Both the position numbers and the translations under genes were made by a program. From IMG/VR virus record IMGVR_UViG_2660238583_000003, positions 1,233-65,232 of that record: a DNA stretch of 64,000 nt; one strand, written 5' to 3'. Shown one piece after another: positions 29,339 to 39,917 of this stretch; positions within the stretch are counted from its first letter, which is position 1, and each line of letters starts with the position of its first letter. This stretch comes from a virus (taxonomy: Duplodnaviria; Caudoviricetes). Below the pieces are notes generated by a model. That model made no database searches. It was not told the DNA's origin and saw nothing but the letters and a program-made list of their open reading frames with translations.

Positions 29339-29793
29339 GGCTCAGGCCACTCCACGTTGATCGCCACGTCGATGATGTTTTTGTTGAGCCAGTACTGCGG
29401 GAACAGCTCCCAGCCGTCCGGGATCAGTGGGCGCTCCTTCAACTGCACCACCGCCGAGTACCGCCACCGGGTGATCTGTGTCAGGTCGGGCCCTGCAGGG
29501 ATGCTCTTGAAGTGGGCCTGGTAGGTCGTGAAACCAGCTGGCGTCTGCAACTGGATCTCGAACCACTCCATCCCGTTGTTGATGGTCCGCGCGTACCAGG
29601 CCTCGAAAATACCTGCCTCGGCCTGACTGAAGTTGAAGTTGAACCGCACCTCAGTCGGGACGTATCGGTGCCGAACCCGGTACCGTGTCCGCCCGGTGAC
29701 CATCTGCGTAGACCGCATGGGATCAACCGTGCTCAGGCCGTACCCCTCCTGCAGAGGAAGTGGCAATTCTGCCGGGTATTGAATCATTGCCAT
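29335..29793 (-). CDS. Minor/distal tail protein
   Basis: YP.ELPLPL.EGY, GRTRYR, FEAWY...G.EWF; follows the tape measure. Confidence 0.7.
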   Translation of the reverse strand: MAMIQYPAELPLPLQEGYGLSTVDPMRSTQMVTGRTRYRVRHRYVPTEVRFNFNFSQAEAGIFEAWYARTINNGMEWFEIQLQTPAGFTTYQAHFKSIPAGPDLTQITRWRYSAVVQLKERPLIPDGWELFPQYWLNKNIIDVAINVEWPEP

Positions 29794-29895
29794 TCCTCAT
29801 GTCATGGCTATTTGCGACCACTCCGTCATATCCTCCAAGCGCCCCAAGGTGTAGGAGCCGGCGGGGCTTGGATAAATACTGAACAGGAAGATCGT

Positions 29896-30150
29896 ATGAG
29901 CTATGAAAACCCATCGGATATTGAAAGAGAGCTGCACGAAATGGTTACCAGGCTGGGCGCCGAGCTTTCATCGGTTCGCTGCCTGGTTACTGGCCTCTGC
30001 CAGCACATCAAGACCAATCAAGGGCAGGAGGCGCTGGACGCTGTGATTGCAACTGCTCTAGCAGAAGTCAAGGAATGCGATCGCGCTTACGCCCTTCCGG
30101 CAGACAGCGATACTGTAAGGCTTTTCGCCAAAGGCCTCGTGAAGCGCTAA
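29896..30150 (+). CDS. Small hypothetical moron on the opposite strand
   Basis: AGGA RBS, 84 aa helical ORF MSYENPSD, opposite to the tail operon. Confidence 0.55.
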   Translation: MSYENPSDIERELHEMVTRLGAELSSVRCLVTGLCQHIKTNQGQEALDAVIATALAEVKECDRAYALPADSDTVRLFAKGLVKR

Positions 30151-30341
30151 ACCAATGGAGGCAGGCCTAAGGCCTCCTCTATTCGGGCAAGCCTTCGCTG
30201 CAAGAGGTTGGCTTGCCTGTCTCTCTCATCGAGCGCGAGCCTCATGCGCTCCAGCCTCTCGGGCCACGAAATCTGTTTTGCCATTTGCCCTTCTCGGCTT
30301 TCGCCGGCAGCCTGCGCTGCGCCGCTGATATCGGCCATCAT
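30147..30341 (-). CDS. Small hypothetical protein
   Basis: AGAGG RBS; ends LLQRRLARIEEALGLPPLV. Confidence 0.5.
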   Translation of the reverse strand: MMADISGAAQAAGESREGQMAKQISWPERLERMRLALDERDRQANLLQRRLARIEEALGLPPLV

Positions 30342-30368
30342 GCATTCCTCTCTGATTCGCTTAAATGA

Positions 30369-33300
30369 TTACCCGCCTGGGCGTCTCCACCCGTAAGCGC
30401 CCTCCCCGGCGTCCACTACGTCGCCGTAACCTGAAGCGAGCTGCCCAGCGACCTCTTGAACGGCCCGGTCAGTTGCCTCACGGATAATGAAATCGATGTC
30501 TCCGTTAGGCATGCGGCGCTGCTCCACCTGTGCGCTGGAGTAGTTGTGAACGTTGATGTTTTGCTGGATTCCAGCCGCACTGCCGGACTGGCCTTGAGAG
30601 CCGCCGGCCATGCGTGCCGAAGTGATCGGTGTGACGTTGCCAGTGCGCAGGGCCTCGACCGCAGACACGCCGCCAAAGCGACGGATGTCAGCCTGAGACC
30701 AAACCACCTCGCCCTTGTGCACCACGCCGGCCGGCTCGTACTTGCCGCCTGAGCCGGTGTAGCCGCCTTCGGAGAAGCCCTTGAGCAGTGCGTAGGCCGC
30801 GACCAGTGCGGTGCCGCCCACAACAGCCGCAGCGCCGAAGGTACCAATAGATGCCGTGAGCGCAGCCGGAGCCCAAGACGCCAGCGTCTCAGCCGCTGCA
30901 GCCAGGTTGGCGGTCAGTACGGTGCCGATCGACGACAGGCTGCTGGCCGTGGTTACCGCGTCCGTCGTCAGCTTGGCGGTCGTCTTGGCCCCTTCCGCCG
31001 CGACCGTCTGCGTGGCTTCCGTCTGGATTCCCGCAAGCTTCAGGGCCTGCATGACCAAGAACCGCGCCGTGATGTCAGCGAATGCACTGAGCATCGAGTT
31101 GGCGATGGTGCCCGCCAGGTTGCCGAAGGCATCGCCAAGGCTTTCCGTGCCTTTGATGATCCCCTGGATACTGCTGGAGATCGACGAGGTGGTGTCGCCA
31201 AGGATCGACTCGGTAGCCGCCCGGGCCTGCTCGTTGTAGTTGGTGGCGATATCGACGTAGTTCTGCCAAGACTCCGACACACCGGTGAGCCACTGCGACC
31301 GCATTGCATCTTGAGCGGTGTAGTAGTTCTGCTGATCGACCATGCGCGTTGCCAGGGCCGCTCGCAGCGCCTCGGTCTCACCCTTGTAGAGGTCCGAATC
31401 CTCGGACGTGGGGTTCTTGATCTTGTTGTAGTCGTAGGTCAGCTTCTCCAGCTTTTTCTGATATTCCTGCTGGATTTTCAGATCATCCTGGAGGCGATTA
31501 CGTGCTCTGTCGCTTTGCCCCGCGCCCGCCAACTCAGTCGACAGGCCCTGGCGCGCAAGGTCGGTCTCGGACTTCAGGCTCTCTGTAAAGGCTCTCAGCT
31601 TGGCGTCGTTCTCCAGCCGCTCCTTGATCAGCTCGTTCGCCTTTTCCAGCGCAACGTTCTGCTTCTGCTGCGCCAGGTTCAGCTCGGCCATCGCGAGGAT
31701 CTGCTTCTGCGAGGCGGTGAGGGTCTTCTTCTCCTTGAGGCTGGCGATCTCGGTTTCGAGCTCGATCAGCTTCTTGGCTTCGGTGCCCAGCGCCTTGCCG
31801 CCACTACCTTGAAGTTGAATTTCCTTACTCTGCTGCTGGAGTACTGCGTAACGCTGGCGGGCGTCATCCAGAAGCTTTTGGCCCGCATTCTCCAGAACCT
31901 TCGCATCCTTAAGGGTGCTTTTGTTCGGGTCGGTCGTTTCGTTAAGGCGGGCAATGTCCTCATTCGCCAGCTGCTGTGGCGTTTTGCGAGGAAGCACCTT
32001 AGGCGCTTCGGGCGTGCCGCCATTGGTGAGAAGACCGTAACCGGCCAAGTTCTGGCGGGGCGCGCCGGGGAACACAAGATTCCTGGCCGCCGACACCACC
32101 CGATTCATCTGCTCAAGCTGCTTGTCCGCACTTTCCTTTGCCGCCTTAGCAGCGTCTTCGTGCGATTTCTTGACCGCTGCCGCTGCATCCTCGGCTGCCT
32201 GCTGCTGGGTATAGAGGGCTACCAGCTGAGCCTTAAGCGCCGCCTGCTGTACCTTGTCGTTTTCCTGAATCGCCTCCTTGTATTTTTTCTGGGCGTCTTG
32301 GATTGAGCCCAGAACCTCAACCTCCTTGCGCTGCTCCGCAGTCATCTTGAGCTTCGTAGCGTTGTAGGCAGCGATGGCCTTCTCGTTGGCGCCGTACAGG
32401 GCAATCTCTTCGCGCATTTTGGCGATGAGCTTCTCTGTTTCTGCCGTCTGGGCCTTGGTTTGGCCAGATGCTCCAGCCTGAGCTGAAGAAAGTGATGCTG
32501 TGCCCTTGGCGGTCTTGGCATTGGCGCCGTCAACTTGCTCCAGCACGGTCGCGAGATCTTTTCCGCGCTGCGCACTCTTCTCGTATTCGGCTGCAATGAC
32601 CGACAAGGCTCTTTCCACGTCGGGCGAGATATTGGCGGTGCTCTTCAGCCACTCGGTAACGCTGTCAAGGTCGCGCTTTCCGTTCTCAACCTCTTTTATC
32701 AGTCCACGGAACTGGCCAGAAAGGCCATCGTCAAGCCCCAAAACCTTCTCAGCATCGGCGTACTTCTTGAGCGACTCGGTAGCAGCTTCAACCTTCTCTG
32801 CACGCTCATCGACCCACTCAATCAGCTTGACGCGCTGCTGGGCCTTGCCGAGCTCGTTGAACTTCTCGACCAGCTGGTCAACAGTTAGGCCTTGGGCATC
32901 GAGAGCCTTGGTGGCGTCGTCAGTGTTATCCGAAAACATGACATATGTAGCAGCAAGGCCGGCGACCAATAAGGCTAGGCCTCCCGGTCCTCCTAGCACG
33001 CCAAGTAGACCACCTTGGGCGGTAGCCAATCCTGCCGCTGCGATCCTTGCCCTGTCGTCGGCCTGAGCCTGAAGCAGTCGAGCTTCCGCGTAGCGGCCAG
33101 CAGCAACCGTTTGAAGTACTGTCCCTCGATACAGGATCATATCTGCCCGCGCTGCGTCGGCGGCAGTCTTGGTCCGTATAACTTCAGCATTGGCCTGGTT
33201 TAGCGTGGCCTCAGCCTGTGCGATTGCCGCAGAGCGTGCTGCGTAATATGCGTAAACGGAGTTCAGCGAACCCTTGGTCGCCAAGGCGATCTTACTGATG

Positions 33301-34550
33301 AAGTATGTGAGAGCCCCCGAACCAATGACCGTCAAGGTGCTTTCTACATAATCAAGAGCCTTTGCGGTTTCGGCTGAAGCGCTAGTTAACGTGTCAATCG
33401 CTCTGGAAACGGAAAGGACGTTCCCGGCAATCGCCTGGCTAGCACCGCTGGCCTGATCCAGCTTGCCAACCATCTGCGTGAACGAGTTTCCAAACGCGGT
33501 CATGCTGTTGCCGATCGTCACTGCGGTCTTGTTGAACAGGGCGTCTACCGCAGCCTCTTGTTTTTGCAGCGCCTGAACGACAGCTTCAGCGGTAAGAAGA
33601 CCGGCAGCCCCGAGCGCACGCAACTCGCCAACCGTTTTCCCCATTCCGGCAGCAATTGCCTGGGCCAGCGCGGGCGCTTGCTCCATCACGCTGTTCAATT
33701 CTTCGCCGCGCAGGGTGCCCGAAGCAAATGCCTGGCCAAGCTGAACCAGGGCAGCGCTTGAAGAAGCAGCTGACGCACCAGAGATGGCGAGAGTCTTGCT
33801 GATCGTCCCTACTATTCCAGCCACTCCCTCACTAGAGAGCTTTAATTCCCGCTGATTGGTGGCAATTCTCTGATACAACTCCCCCGTGGCGGTGAGCGGC
33901 TGGTATGCGCTCTGGGCGATCTGGAAAACAGCTGATTGAGCTGTACTGAGCTCATTGGCGGTTTCCGTAACCAGCCTCATGCGGTTGGTTAGCGATGAAT
34001 ATGCTTCCGCCGCGTCGTAAATAGACTTTGTCAGCGTGGCTCCGCCGAACATGGCGAGTAGAGGCCCAGCCAGGTCGGCGGCTGTCGACCGCAATGACGA
34101 CATGCTGCTGTTCAGCCCATTGACGCCGCCGGTGGCATTCCTGGTAGAAACCGTAACAGATCCGCCAACTCCATTCAGTGCTGCCGTGGTTCGCAGCGAG
34201 GACTGCTGCAACTCATTCATGGCCCTGGTGGCAGCTGCAAGCCTAGCCTCTGCTGCCGAGGCATTTGCTCCGGTAGTGGACAAGCTCCCGGACGCACCAG
34301 AAAGTGACTGCCCAGCCTTGGATCCCGCCGTGCCAAGACCATTCAATGCCGCCTGGGCTGCCTTGATGCTGGTGGTTGCCGCATTGATGCTGCTGACCGC
34401 CCCTGAAACGCTATTGAACACACTTGCCATAGCCGGGCCAGTGCGCAGGCCGGCCTGGGTGAGAGCATCCAGTGCCACGCGGATAGCATTTACCTGCTGC
34501 TCTGCGGTGCGACCATCTACTTCGACCTCAAGTCGAGATTTCAGGGCCAT
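30369..34550 (-). CDS. Tape measure protein
   Basis: 1393 aa, Ala-rich and helical; [24 protein letters not shown] motif; C-terminal [19 protein letters not shown]. Confidence 0.95.
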   Translation of the reverse strand: MALKSRLEVEVDGRTAEQQVNAIRVALDALTQAGLRTGPAMASVFNSVSGAVSSINAATTSIKAAQAALNGLGTAGSKAGQSLSGASGSLSTTGANASAAEARLAAATRAMNELQQSSLRTTAALNGVGGSVTVSTRNATGGVNGLNSSMSSLRSTAADLAGPLLAMFGGATLTKSIYDAAEAYSSLTNRMRLVTETANELSTAQSAVFQIAQSAYQPLTATGELYQRIATNQRELKLSSEGVAGIVGTISKTLAISGASAASSSAALVQLGQAFASGTLRGEELNSVMEQAPALAQAIAAGMGKTVGELRALGAAGLLTAEAVVQALQKQEAAVDALFNKTAVTIGNSMTAFGNSFTQMVGKLDQASGASQAIAGNVLSVSRAIDTLTSASAETAKALDYVESTLTVIGSGALTYFISKIALATKGSLNSVYAYYAARSAAIAQAEATLNQANAEVIRTKTAADAARADMILYRGTVLQTVAAGRYAEARLLQAQADDRARIAAAGLATAQGGLLGVLGGPGGLALLVAGLAATYVMFSDNTDDATKALDAQGLTVDQLVEKFNELGKAQQRVKLIEWVDERAEKVEAATESLKKYADAEKVLGLDDGLSGQFRGLIKEVENGKRDLDSVTEWLKSTANISPDVERALSVIAAEYEKSAQRGKDLATVLEQVDGANAKTAKGTASLSSAQAGASGQTKAQTAETEKLIAKMREEIALYGANEKAIAAYNATKLKMTAEQRKEVEVLGSIQDAQKKYKEAIQENDKVQQAALKAQLVALYTQQQAAEDAAAAVKKSHEDAAKAAKESADKQLEQMNRVVSAARNLVFPGAPRQNLAGYGLLTNGGTPEAPKVLPRKTPQQLANEDIARLNETTDPNKSTLKDAKVLENAGQKLLDDARQRYAVLQQQSKEIQLQGSGGKALGTEAKKLIELETEIASLKEKKTLTASQKQILAMAELNLAQQKQNVALEKANELIKERLENDAKLRAFTESLKSETDLARQGLSTELAGAGQSDRARNRLQDDLKIQQEYQKKLEKLTYDYNKIKNPTSEDSDLYKGETEALRAALATRMVDQQNYYTAQDAMRSQWLTGVSESWQNYVDIATNYNEQARAATESILGDTTSSISSSIQGIIKGTESLGDAFGNLAGTIANSMLSAFADITARFLVMQALKLAGIQTEATQTVAAEGAKTTAKLTTDAVTTASSLSSIGTVLTANLAAAAETLASWAPAALTASIGTFGAAAVVGGTALVAAYALLKGFSEGGYTGSGGKYEPAGVVHKGEVVWSQADIRRFGGVSAVEALRTGNVTPITSARMAGGSQGQSGSAAGIQQNINVHNYSSAQVEQRRMPNGDIDFIIREATDRAVQEVAGQLASGYGDVVDAGEGAYGWRRPGG

Positions 34551-34611
34551 GCTTTTCTCCGGACATTAAAAAACCCGCGCATGGCGGGCTTTAAATTTAT
34601 AAGCGGCTTAC

Positions 34612-34935
34612 CTAGTCCTTAGGCCAATCACTGCCTGACCAAGAGCCTTTTTTCGACTCGCTTTTAGGCTGATATGAGACTCCAGCCTTTCTAGCCTCTT
34701 CTTTCTCGCGATAGATACGGTTGGCCTCTTCTATTGAGGCAGAAACTCTCTTCTTGGACAGCCAGTCGTTTATGCTTGATCGGAAAAAAACAAACGCTAG
34801 GGCTGCGACCAGCACAGCACCCGCCACCGCCATGATGGCGCCATAAGCAACGGCTCCCGCCAGCAATACCCAAATCAGCCACGGGGCAAGTATCAGAACG
34901 ATTAGAACAAGCAAAAGAACGATCAATAACTGCAT
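34612..34935 (-). CDS. Small membrane protein (moron)
   Basis: Long hydrophobic N-terminus MQLLIVLLLVLIVLILAPW; charged C-terminus. Confidence 0.6.
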   Translation of the reverse strand: MQLLIVLLLVLIVLILAPWLIWVLLAGAVAYGAIMAVAGAVLVAALAFVFFRSSINDWLSKKRVSASIEEANRIYREKEEARKAGVSYQPKSESKKGSWSGSDWPKD

Positions 34936-34970
34936 CGGCGCTCCGCTAAATTGATGAGATCGAGACCGTA

Positions 34971-35255
34971 TTATCGCCCTTCCGACGACTTCGTGATAAC
35001 CATTTTGTTGTCCGGTGCACTGCAGGTGATGATCACGCTGCCGTCTGCCACATAAACCCTGGTCATGGTCATGGCGCTGGTGTTCACGATGTGCACGATA
35101 TCGCCAGGCGGGACATTCAGCTGTGCGATGGTATTGGCTTGAGCTGCTTGGCATTTCTCGAAGCTCATCGACACGGAGCTAGATTCAGCAGCGGCGCTGG
35201 CGACGGCGGGGATGGCCATGATGGCGAGCGCGGCGAAGATACTTCCTTTGTTCAT
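34971..35255 (-). CDS. Small secreted protein (moron)
   Basis: AAGGAG RBS, signal peptide MNKGSIFAALAIMAIPAVASAA, two Cys. Confidence 0.65.
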   Translation of the reverse strand: MNKGSIFAALAIMAIPAVASAAAESSSVSMSFEKCQAAQANTIAQLNVPPGDIVHIVNTSAMTMTRVYVADGSVIITCSAPDNKMVITKSSEGR

Positions 35256-35314
35256 GGGAAACTCCTTGATTGAAGGTGGCAATCTACCACCATCAGCAGG
35301 AAGCGCCAAAACCA

Positions 35315-35677
35315 CTAGAAGCTGAGCAAGCCCGTGGCAACTGCGGTCGCCGCCGCTTTGATCGTATCGAACGACAGATCCAGACCTTTCTCCCGAAGCA
35401 AACCAACGGTCTTGTTCCACACCGTCTGCGATCTGATTTGGTCGAGGAACTCATGCCCTGCCCAGGTCATCTCTTGCGCGAAACATTGGCGAGGCTCGCT
35501 GAGAGGGCTTGAACAAACGGCTCTAACCAGGCCGGCCTCCTTCATCAGGAATATGTGATACGAGACCAGGGCGGCGTCATACCCGGCAATGCTGGAGCCT
35601 TCTACGGCCTGACCGTGACCCTCCAACCCTTCAACTGCTATCAGAATCTTCCTGACCAGCTCCCAATCTCTCTTCAT
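35315..35677 (-). CDS. DUF2513 family protein (moron)
   Basis: MKRDWELVRKIL...YHI.LM.EAGL...TWAGHEFLDQIR signature. Confidence 0.85.
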   Translation of the reverse strand: MKRDWELVRKILIAVEGLEGHGQAVEGSSIAGYDAALVSYHIFLMKEAGLVRAVCSSPLSEPRQCFAQEMTWAGHEFLDQIRSQTVWNKTVGLLREKGLDLSFDTIKAAATAVATGLLSF

Positions 35678-35772
35678 GCTGCCCTCGGCATATTTGGATG
35701 GCGCCATTCTACGACTGGCGGCCAGGAAGCGCCAAAACCCCGCGTTGGCGGGGTTCGACTTTGATCTAGCGG

Positions 35773-36579
35773 TTACCTCGAAAGGCCGTGCGCGACAACC
35801 TCTGGCATTTCGGCCTGAAGCTTCTCAGCCAAGCGCTTCAACGGCTTGGCCACCGACTCCTTCCAGAGGATCTGCTGAATCGGCTTGCCATCGCTGTGCT
35901 TCTTGGCGGTATCGGTAATGACGGCGAACTCCTTGCCCTCCGGCGTCACCTCCCAGCGCTTCTTGCCTGGCTTGTAGGTGACGTGATGCTGGAGCCCGCA
36001 CTGCGCCAGCAGCTTGTTCATGCTGGCCGCGCTCATGCCGAACTTGGCGCCCAGCTCGGTAGGCGTGTAGTTCAGTTCTTGGGCTTCATTTACCAGGCGC
36101 TTCACGCCGGCCATTTCCATGAGATCAATGCCGATGGCGGAACGGACCATGCTGTTAGCGCTCAGGATGGCCTGATTGCCTTCGAGGCCAAGACTTTCAG
36201 CGATACGCTTGGCAGCATCGAAGTTGTCGGCCGCCACTGGCAGGCGCCGCTCCTGCGGGATAACTGCATCGTTCGCTGCCGCCGAGTCGAAGGTCCGAAT
36301 TACGTGCAGGCTGAATGTCGGGCTGACCCACATGGCGTAGGCGTAGACCAGTTCCTTGCATGCGTAGGTCCCCGGCGAGCTACCGCCACGCACAACCCTC
36401 AAAGCGGGAATTCCCGCTTTGGCGATTTCATCGGCAAGCTCCTGGGCCTGCCCAACTCGCATCCACTCGCTTGGCTTGTGTCGTGGCTCGCCACCTGCAG
36501 CCCGGTGAAAGTCGTTGAGACTGAACCGGCCATCATGATCCTGGTGAATCTCGATACCTGCGATCATCAGCGCGCTCAT
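35773..36579 (-). CDS. KilA-N domain antirepressor-like protein
   Basis: GRFSLNDFHRAAGG...HKPSEW, GTYACKELVYAYAMWVSP.F. Confidence 0.85.
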   Translation of the reverse strand: MSALMIAGIEIHQDHDGRFSLNDFHRAAGGEPRHKPSEWMRVGQAQELADEIAKAGIPALRVVRGGSSPGTYACKELVYAYAMWVSPTFSLHVIRTFDSAAANDAVIPQERRLPVAADNFDAAKRIAESLGLEGNQAILSANSMVRSAIGIDLMEMAGVKRLVNEAQELNYTPTELGAKFGMSAASMNKLLAQCGLQHHVTYKPGKKRWEVTPEGKEFAVITDTAKKHSDGKPIQQILWKESVAKPLKRLAEKLQAEMPEVVAHGLSR

Positions 36580-37511
36580 GCTGCAGCCCTCCCATTCGGC
36601 GCATCCACCGCGTAACGCTGAGGCTCCTCCATGACGCGGCCCAAGCCCTTCACAAAGGAGGTGATCTCCCGCAGCTTGTTACGGTAGGTGCGAAGCTCCC
36701 ACCAGGCGCCGCGAATGTCGAACCCGGCCTTTTCAAGATCCCACAGCAGGCTTTCCAGCGGCGTGGTGCCTTCACGCGTATCGCGAATGTCGTCGAGCGT
36801 GACGTCCAGCCATGCCTGCTTATCGTTTCGGACGGTCAGCATTCCTTCGCGCAACGCGGCTAGGGCCTCGATCGGATAGTGAATGTTCAATGGAAGCTGT
36901 TGCTGTACCGGCTCCTTGGCGATGAACTCGCCCTCCAGTACGTTGTAGGCAGCGATGAAGTTGCATGCAGCTTCGAACTGGCCTGCCGGAATCAGCTCGG
37001 TGCGCGGCACGTTGAAACGGGTGTGCAGGCGATTGTGCATGGTCAGCGCGAAGCCTTGACGCTTGTCTGCTGTGACCGCCTTACCTTTGTCCCTGATGAG
37101 GCCCTTGATGACGCTCAGCTCGCTCATGCCGATCAGTTCGTCAATTAGGGTTGGCATTTTGGCCTGCTTGTCATCGTAGAGGCCTGCCTTGCGGATCGAC
37201 GGCAAAACCTCGGCGGTCACCCATTTCCGGAAAGCGTGGGGTTTGCTGCCTTTTTTCACCGCGTCCCGGCTACGCAGGATTAGGGTGTAGAGGCCTGACT
37301 CATTGACCAGATTGGCGTTGCCCTGACGACCTATGTTGAACATAGACCGTTCGTCTTCGTCCAGAGCCTGCACCGCCTGAGTGGTATTTCCCACCTCAAG
37401 CACCCGGCATACATCTGCAGCTACGAACCATGGTTCGCCAGCGATTACTAGCGTGCGTACCTGCTGCTCGCCAAAATTGAACGGAACTACGTTTGTGCTA
37501 TTATCGCCCAT
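36576..37511 (-). CDS. Bro-N domain antirepressor
   Basis: GEPWFVAADVC, VNESGLYTLILRS, FRKWVTAEVLPSIRK; GGAG RBS before MGDNSTN. Confidence 0.85.
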   Translation of the reverse strand: MGDNSTNVVPFNFGEQQVRTLVIAGEPWFVAADVCRVLEVGNTTQAVQALDEDERSMFNIGRQGNANLVNESGLYTLILRSRDAVKKGSKPHAFRKWVTAEVLPSIRKAGLYDDKQAKMPTLIDELIGMSELSVIKGLIRDKGKAVTADKRQGFALTMHNRLHTRFNVPRTELIPAGQFEAACNFIAAYNVLEGEFIAKEPVQQQLPLNIHYPIEALAALREGMLTVRNDKQAWLDVTLDDIRDTREGTTPLESLLWDLEKAGFDIRGAWWELRTYRNKLREITSFVKGLGRVMEEPQRYAVDAPNGRAAA

Positions 37512-37586
37512 GACGATTTCTTCTCCGAAGTTGATCTCGTTTCCCGAAGCCCTGACGACTCTCACCCCGTCGGGGCTTCTTCGTTT
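37511..37586 (+). ncRNA. Candidate sar-like antisense RNA against the antirepressor RBS
   Basis: Plus-strand TTGAAC-N16-TATTAT with extended TG (37477-37504), then the complement of the ant RBS and a GAAGCCCTGACG...CGTCGGGGCTTC-TTCGTTT hairpin; same layout as P22 sar. Confidence 0.5.
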
Positions 37587-37759
37587 CAGGCTGCCGCCTG
37601 CTTTCTTTGCATTTCCCGCCATTTGAAGCCCTCCTCAATGAGAAGCCCCAGTTCAGCATTGAGGCTGCGGCGGTTCTCGCCAGCCTCCTGTTTTGCCTTC
37701 TCTTTCAATTCATCCGCGATCCGTAGGCTATACGGCGCGACCTGATGCGCGTCTTTCAT
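37586..37759 (-). CDS. Arc-like ribbon-helix-helix repressor (57 aa, absent from the ORF track)
   Basis: MKDAHQVAPYSLRIADELKEKAKQEAGENRRSLNAELGLLIEEG; GGAGG RBS. Confidence 0.85.
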   Translation of the reverse strand: MKDAHQVAPYSLRIADELKEKAKQEAGENRRSLNAELGLLIEEGFKWREMQRKQAAA

Positions 37760-37777
37760 AAATCCCTCCTAGGTGGT

Positions 37778-37829
37778 GTGGATTCATATTGACGGCACAG
37801 GCATTTGCCGTCAAGTGGATTCTTGAATC
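37778..37829. promoter_or_regulatory. Divergent promoter/operator region between two Arc-family genes
   Basis: Inverted repeat TTGACGGCA...TGCCGTCAA gives -35 boxes on both strands, flanked by GTGGATTC direct repeats. Confidence 0.6.
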
Positions 37830-37883
37830 TTTTTGAATGCATGTACAGAATCTCTGTTAATCATCACCGCACGTTGGAAAATC

Positions 37884-38177
37884 ATGTCAGACCGACACGT
37901 ACTACCCCCTTATTCGCTTCGCATGCCATCCGAACTGCGAGAGATGCTGGAGTTGTCCGCAAGGGAGGCGAAGAGGAGCCTCAATGCTGAAATAGTCGCT
38001 CGCCTAGAGGACAGCTTCAGCAACACGATCTCCGCATCTGACCCTATGCGAGTGATTGAGGACGGCGAAGATGGCAAGACAGTCATGCTATTGCCGTCAG
38101 CCAAAGAACTGGTCCGCCTTACAGGTGAGCTTGCGGAGCAGCTTCGACTTCTGCGAGAAGAGCGAGCTAGTAGGTAG
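37884..38177 (+). CDS. Arc/Mnt-family repressor
   Basis: PYSLRMPSELREML..SA....RSLNAEIVARLEDSF. Confidence 0.85.
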   Translation: MSDRHVLPPYSLRMPSELREMLELSAREAKRSLNAEIVARLEDSFSNTISASDPMRVIEDGEDGKTVMLLPSAKELVRLTGELAEQLRLLREERASR

Positions 38178-38235
38178 CCAAACCCCAGCCAAATACCGGG
38201 CCGAAGCCTCGCAAGCCATACAGCAAGAAGTAGCG

Positions 38236-38394
38236 CTAGGTCAGCTTCGACAACCCCGCAGCCTCTTCAAGCCGGGACAGCCGGCGCTCAAGCAGCTCAT
38301 CGGCCTTGCGCTTCTCCTCGATCATCGCCTCAGGCGAAAGCGTGGTGTCGCCCTGGGCCTGATCCTGCTCACTCTCATCCTGTTGCTCTTGCAT
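38236..38394 (-). CDS. Small hypothetical protein (start uncertain)
   Basis: MQEQQDES...LLERRLSRLEEAAGLSKLT; C-terminus resembles 30147-30341. Confidence 0.4.
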   Translation of the reverse strand: MQEQQDESEQDQAQGDTTLSPEAMIEEKRKADELLERRLSRLEEAAGLSKLT

Positions 38395-38556
38395 GTTTAT
38401 GTCCCTGTTTTCTGGAGGTGCCTTAGGAGCGCCGGCCTGGATGGAATTCCAGTAGCCGCGAACCTTGGCATCGTAGTAGCGTTTCGCCTCCAATCGCCCG
38501 CCCCGGTCCGTTGCCGGCAAGCCCATGGACCAGGGCAAAATCGACCAGGAGGTCGC

Positions 38557-38814
38557 ATGAGTCTCAGCGTGACAGTGAACTACCCCATCGTGGATAAAGC
38601 CCTTGTCTGCTATCACCGATACGTCAACAAAGAGATCAATTTCGAAGAGCTCCAGAAGCAGATGAGCTACCAGGATGGCGATGCACTTTCGAGATCGCCT
38701 TACGTGCGCTTCAAAATAACGCTCTTTGCGTCGGGTAGATATCGCATCAGACCTCTAGGCGGCGACACCATCACAGAAGCGGGCCAGGCTCGACTACAAC
38801 AGCTTCTGAAATAG
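38557..38814 (+). CDS. Small hypothetical protein
   Basis: AGGAGG RBS before ATG 38557; 85 aa. Confidence 0.5.
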   Translation: MSLSVTVNYPIVDKALVCYHRYVNKEINFEELQKQMSYQDGDALSRSPYVRFKITLFASGRYRIRPLGGDTITEAGQARLQQLLK

Positions 38815-39094
38815 CCTTCACGTCAACGCCGAGCTCTACGAGTTTTTTCTCGTAAGCTTGGCGAACCTCTGCCTCAAGCTCTGCATCAAGATGCAGATCC
38901 GTTACAGCGGCCACGAGGTTTCCTGCCACACCACCCTTATTCGGCACATTCCAGCGCCCAAAGCCCAGTCCATGGGTGAGTTGCATCGCCACCTTTTCCA
39001 GCTCGCGTAACCTATCCAGCTCTGCCTGCTCGCATTCGCCTGGGGTAGACAGCAGCTCGGGCAGCACAGCGGTGAATGATTGGTTTCCAGTCAT
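38771..39094 (-). CDS. Hypothetical protein
   Basis: 107 aa ORF with GAGGT RBS after the tail chaperone. Confidence 0.45.
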   Translation of the reverse strand: MTGNQSFTAVLPELLSTPGECEQAELDRLRELEKVAMQLTHGLGFGRWNVPNKGGVAGNLVAAVTDLHLDAELEAEVRQAYEKKLVELGVDVKAISEAVVVEPGPLL

Positions 39095-39108
39095 GGCATG
39101 ACCTCTTT

Positions 39109-39839
39109 CTATTCGTCTTCTTCCGCCAGCGCTGCTTCATCCAAAGCGAATATCACCTCGTCCACAAGCCGCCTGGGCAGCGGCAGTGGGTGCACCTCAA
39201 GCCAGTCGGTGATCTCGCGGGCTGAAAGCCTCAGCGGCTGCACTGCAGTGGCCCCGACCAGGTAGCGCCGGCCGCGCGCCGCATTTCGGAACGCATTCAG
39301 CAGGCTGCCGGTGATCACATCCAGCTCAGGCTCATCTGGTACCGCAATGCGCAGTTTCTGGTAGATCAGGCTCTTCTTTACGCTTGAAGAACCCCAGTCT
39401 CGCTCCCACTTGAAGCGGTCGACTACTTTCCCTTGATCTCTTCCTGCTCCTTTTTGTTGTCGGCCGCGATGGCTGCTGCTCGCTTGATGACAAACACGAA
39501 GAAATCGGTATCGCCGCGCAGCATTTCGGTGGCAATGGCCTCGCTGTACTTCAGCGGGTTTCCATCCTCGTCTTGGGCGCCCTGCCAGTCCTGAAGGATG
39601 AACTGGGCCAGCAGCATGCAGTGGTTATCATGCTCGGACTTCTCGCCAGCGACCACGCCAACCGAGCCTTCGCCGAATTGGGCGTCATTTCGATCCAGGC
39701 GACGGCGCATACGCTCCAGCGCGATCTGGTACTGCTGATTATCCAGCGGCATCAGCAGTACCTGGGTGTCTTCGTCAAACTTCTCCCAGCGCGCCTCGCC
39801 GCTCTTGCTGGTGTCAGTCTTTTTCAATTTGAGAGCCAT
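39109..39839 (-). CDS. Tail assembly chaperone G (39423-39839) and G-T fusion via -1 frameshift
   Basis: G ends AAG GGA AAG TAG (slippery GGGAAAG at 39426-39432). The -1 frame stays open to 39109. Lies between tail tube and tape measure. Confidence 0.85.
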
Positions 39840-39917
39840 GAATCATCCTCACGCCACGCCATAGAAGAGGCCGCCCCGGCCGGCGTTATTGCCGGAGCGA
39901 CCGAAAGGTGATGCGGG

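Noticed and set aside
29188-29895. 5' part of the 320-aa plus-strand ORF
   Set aside because: Antisense to tail genes; only 29896-30150 has an RBS and lies in free space.
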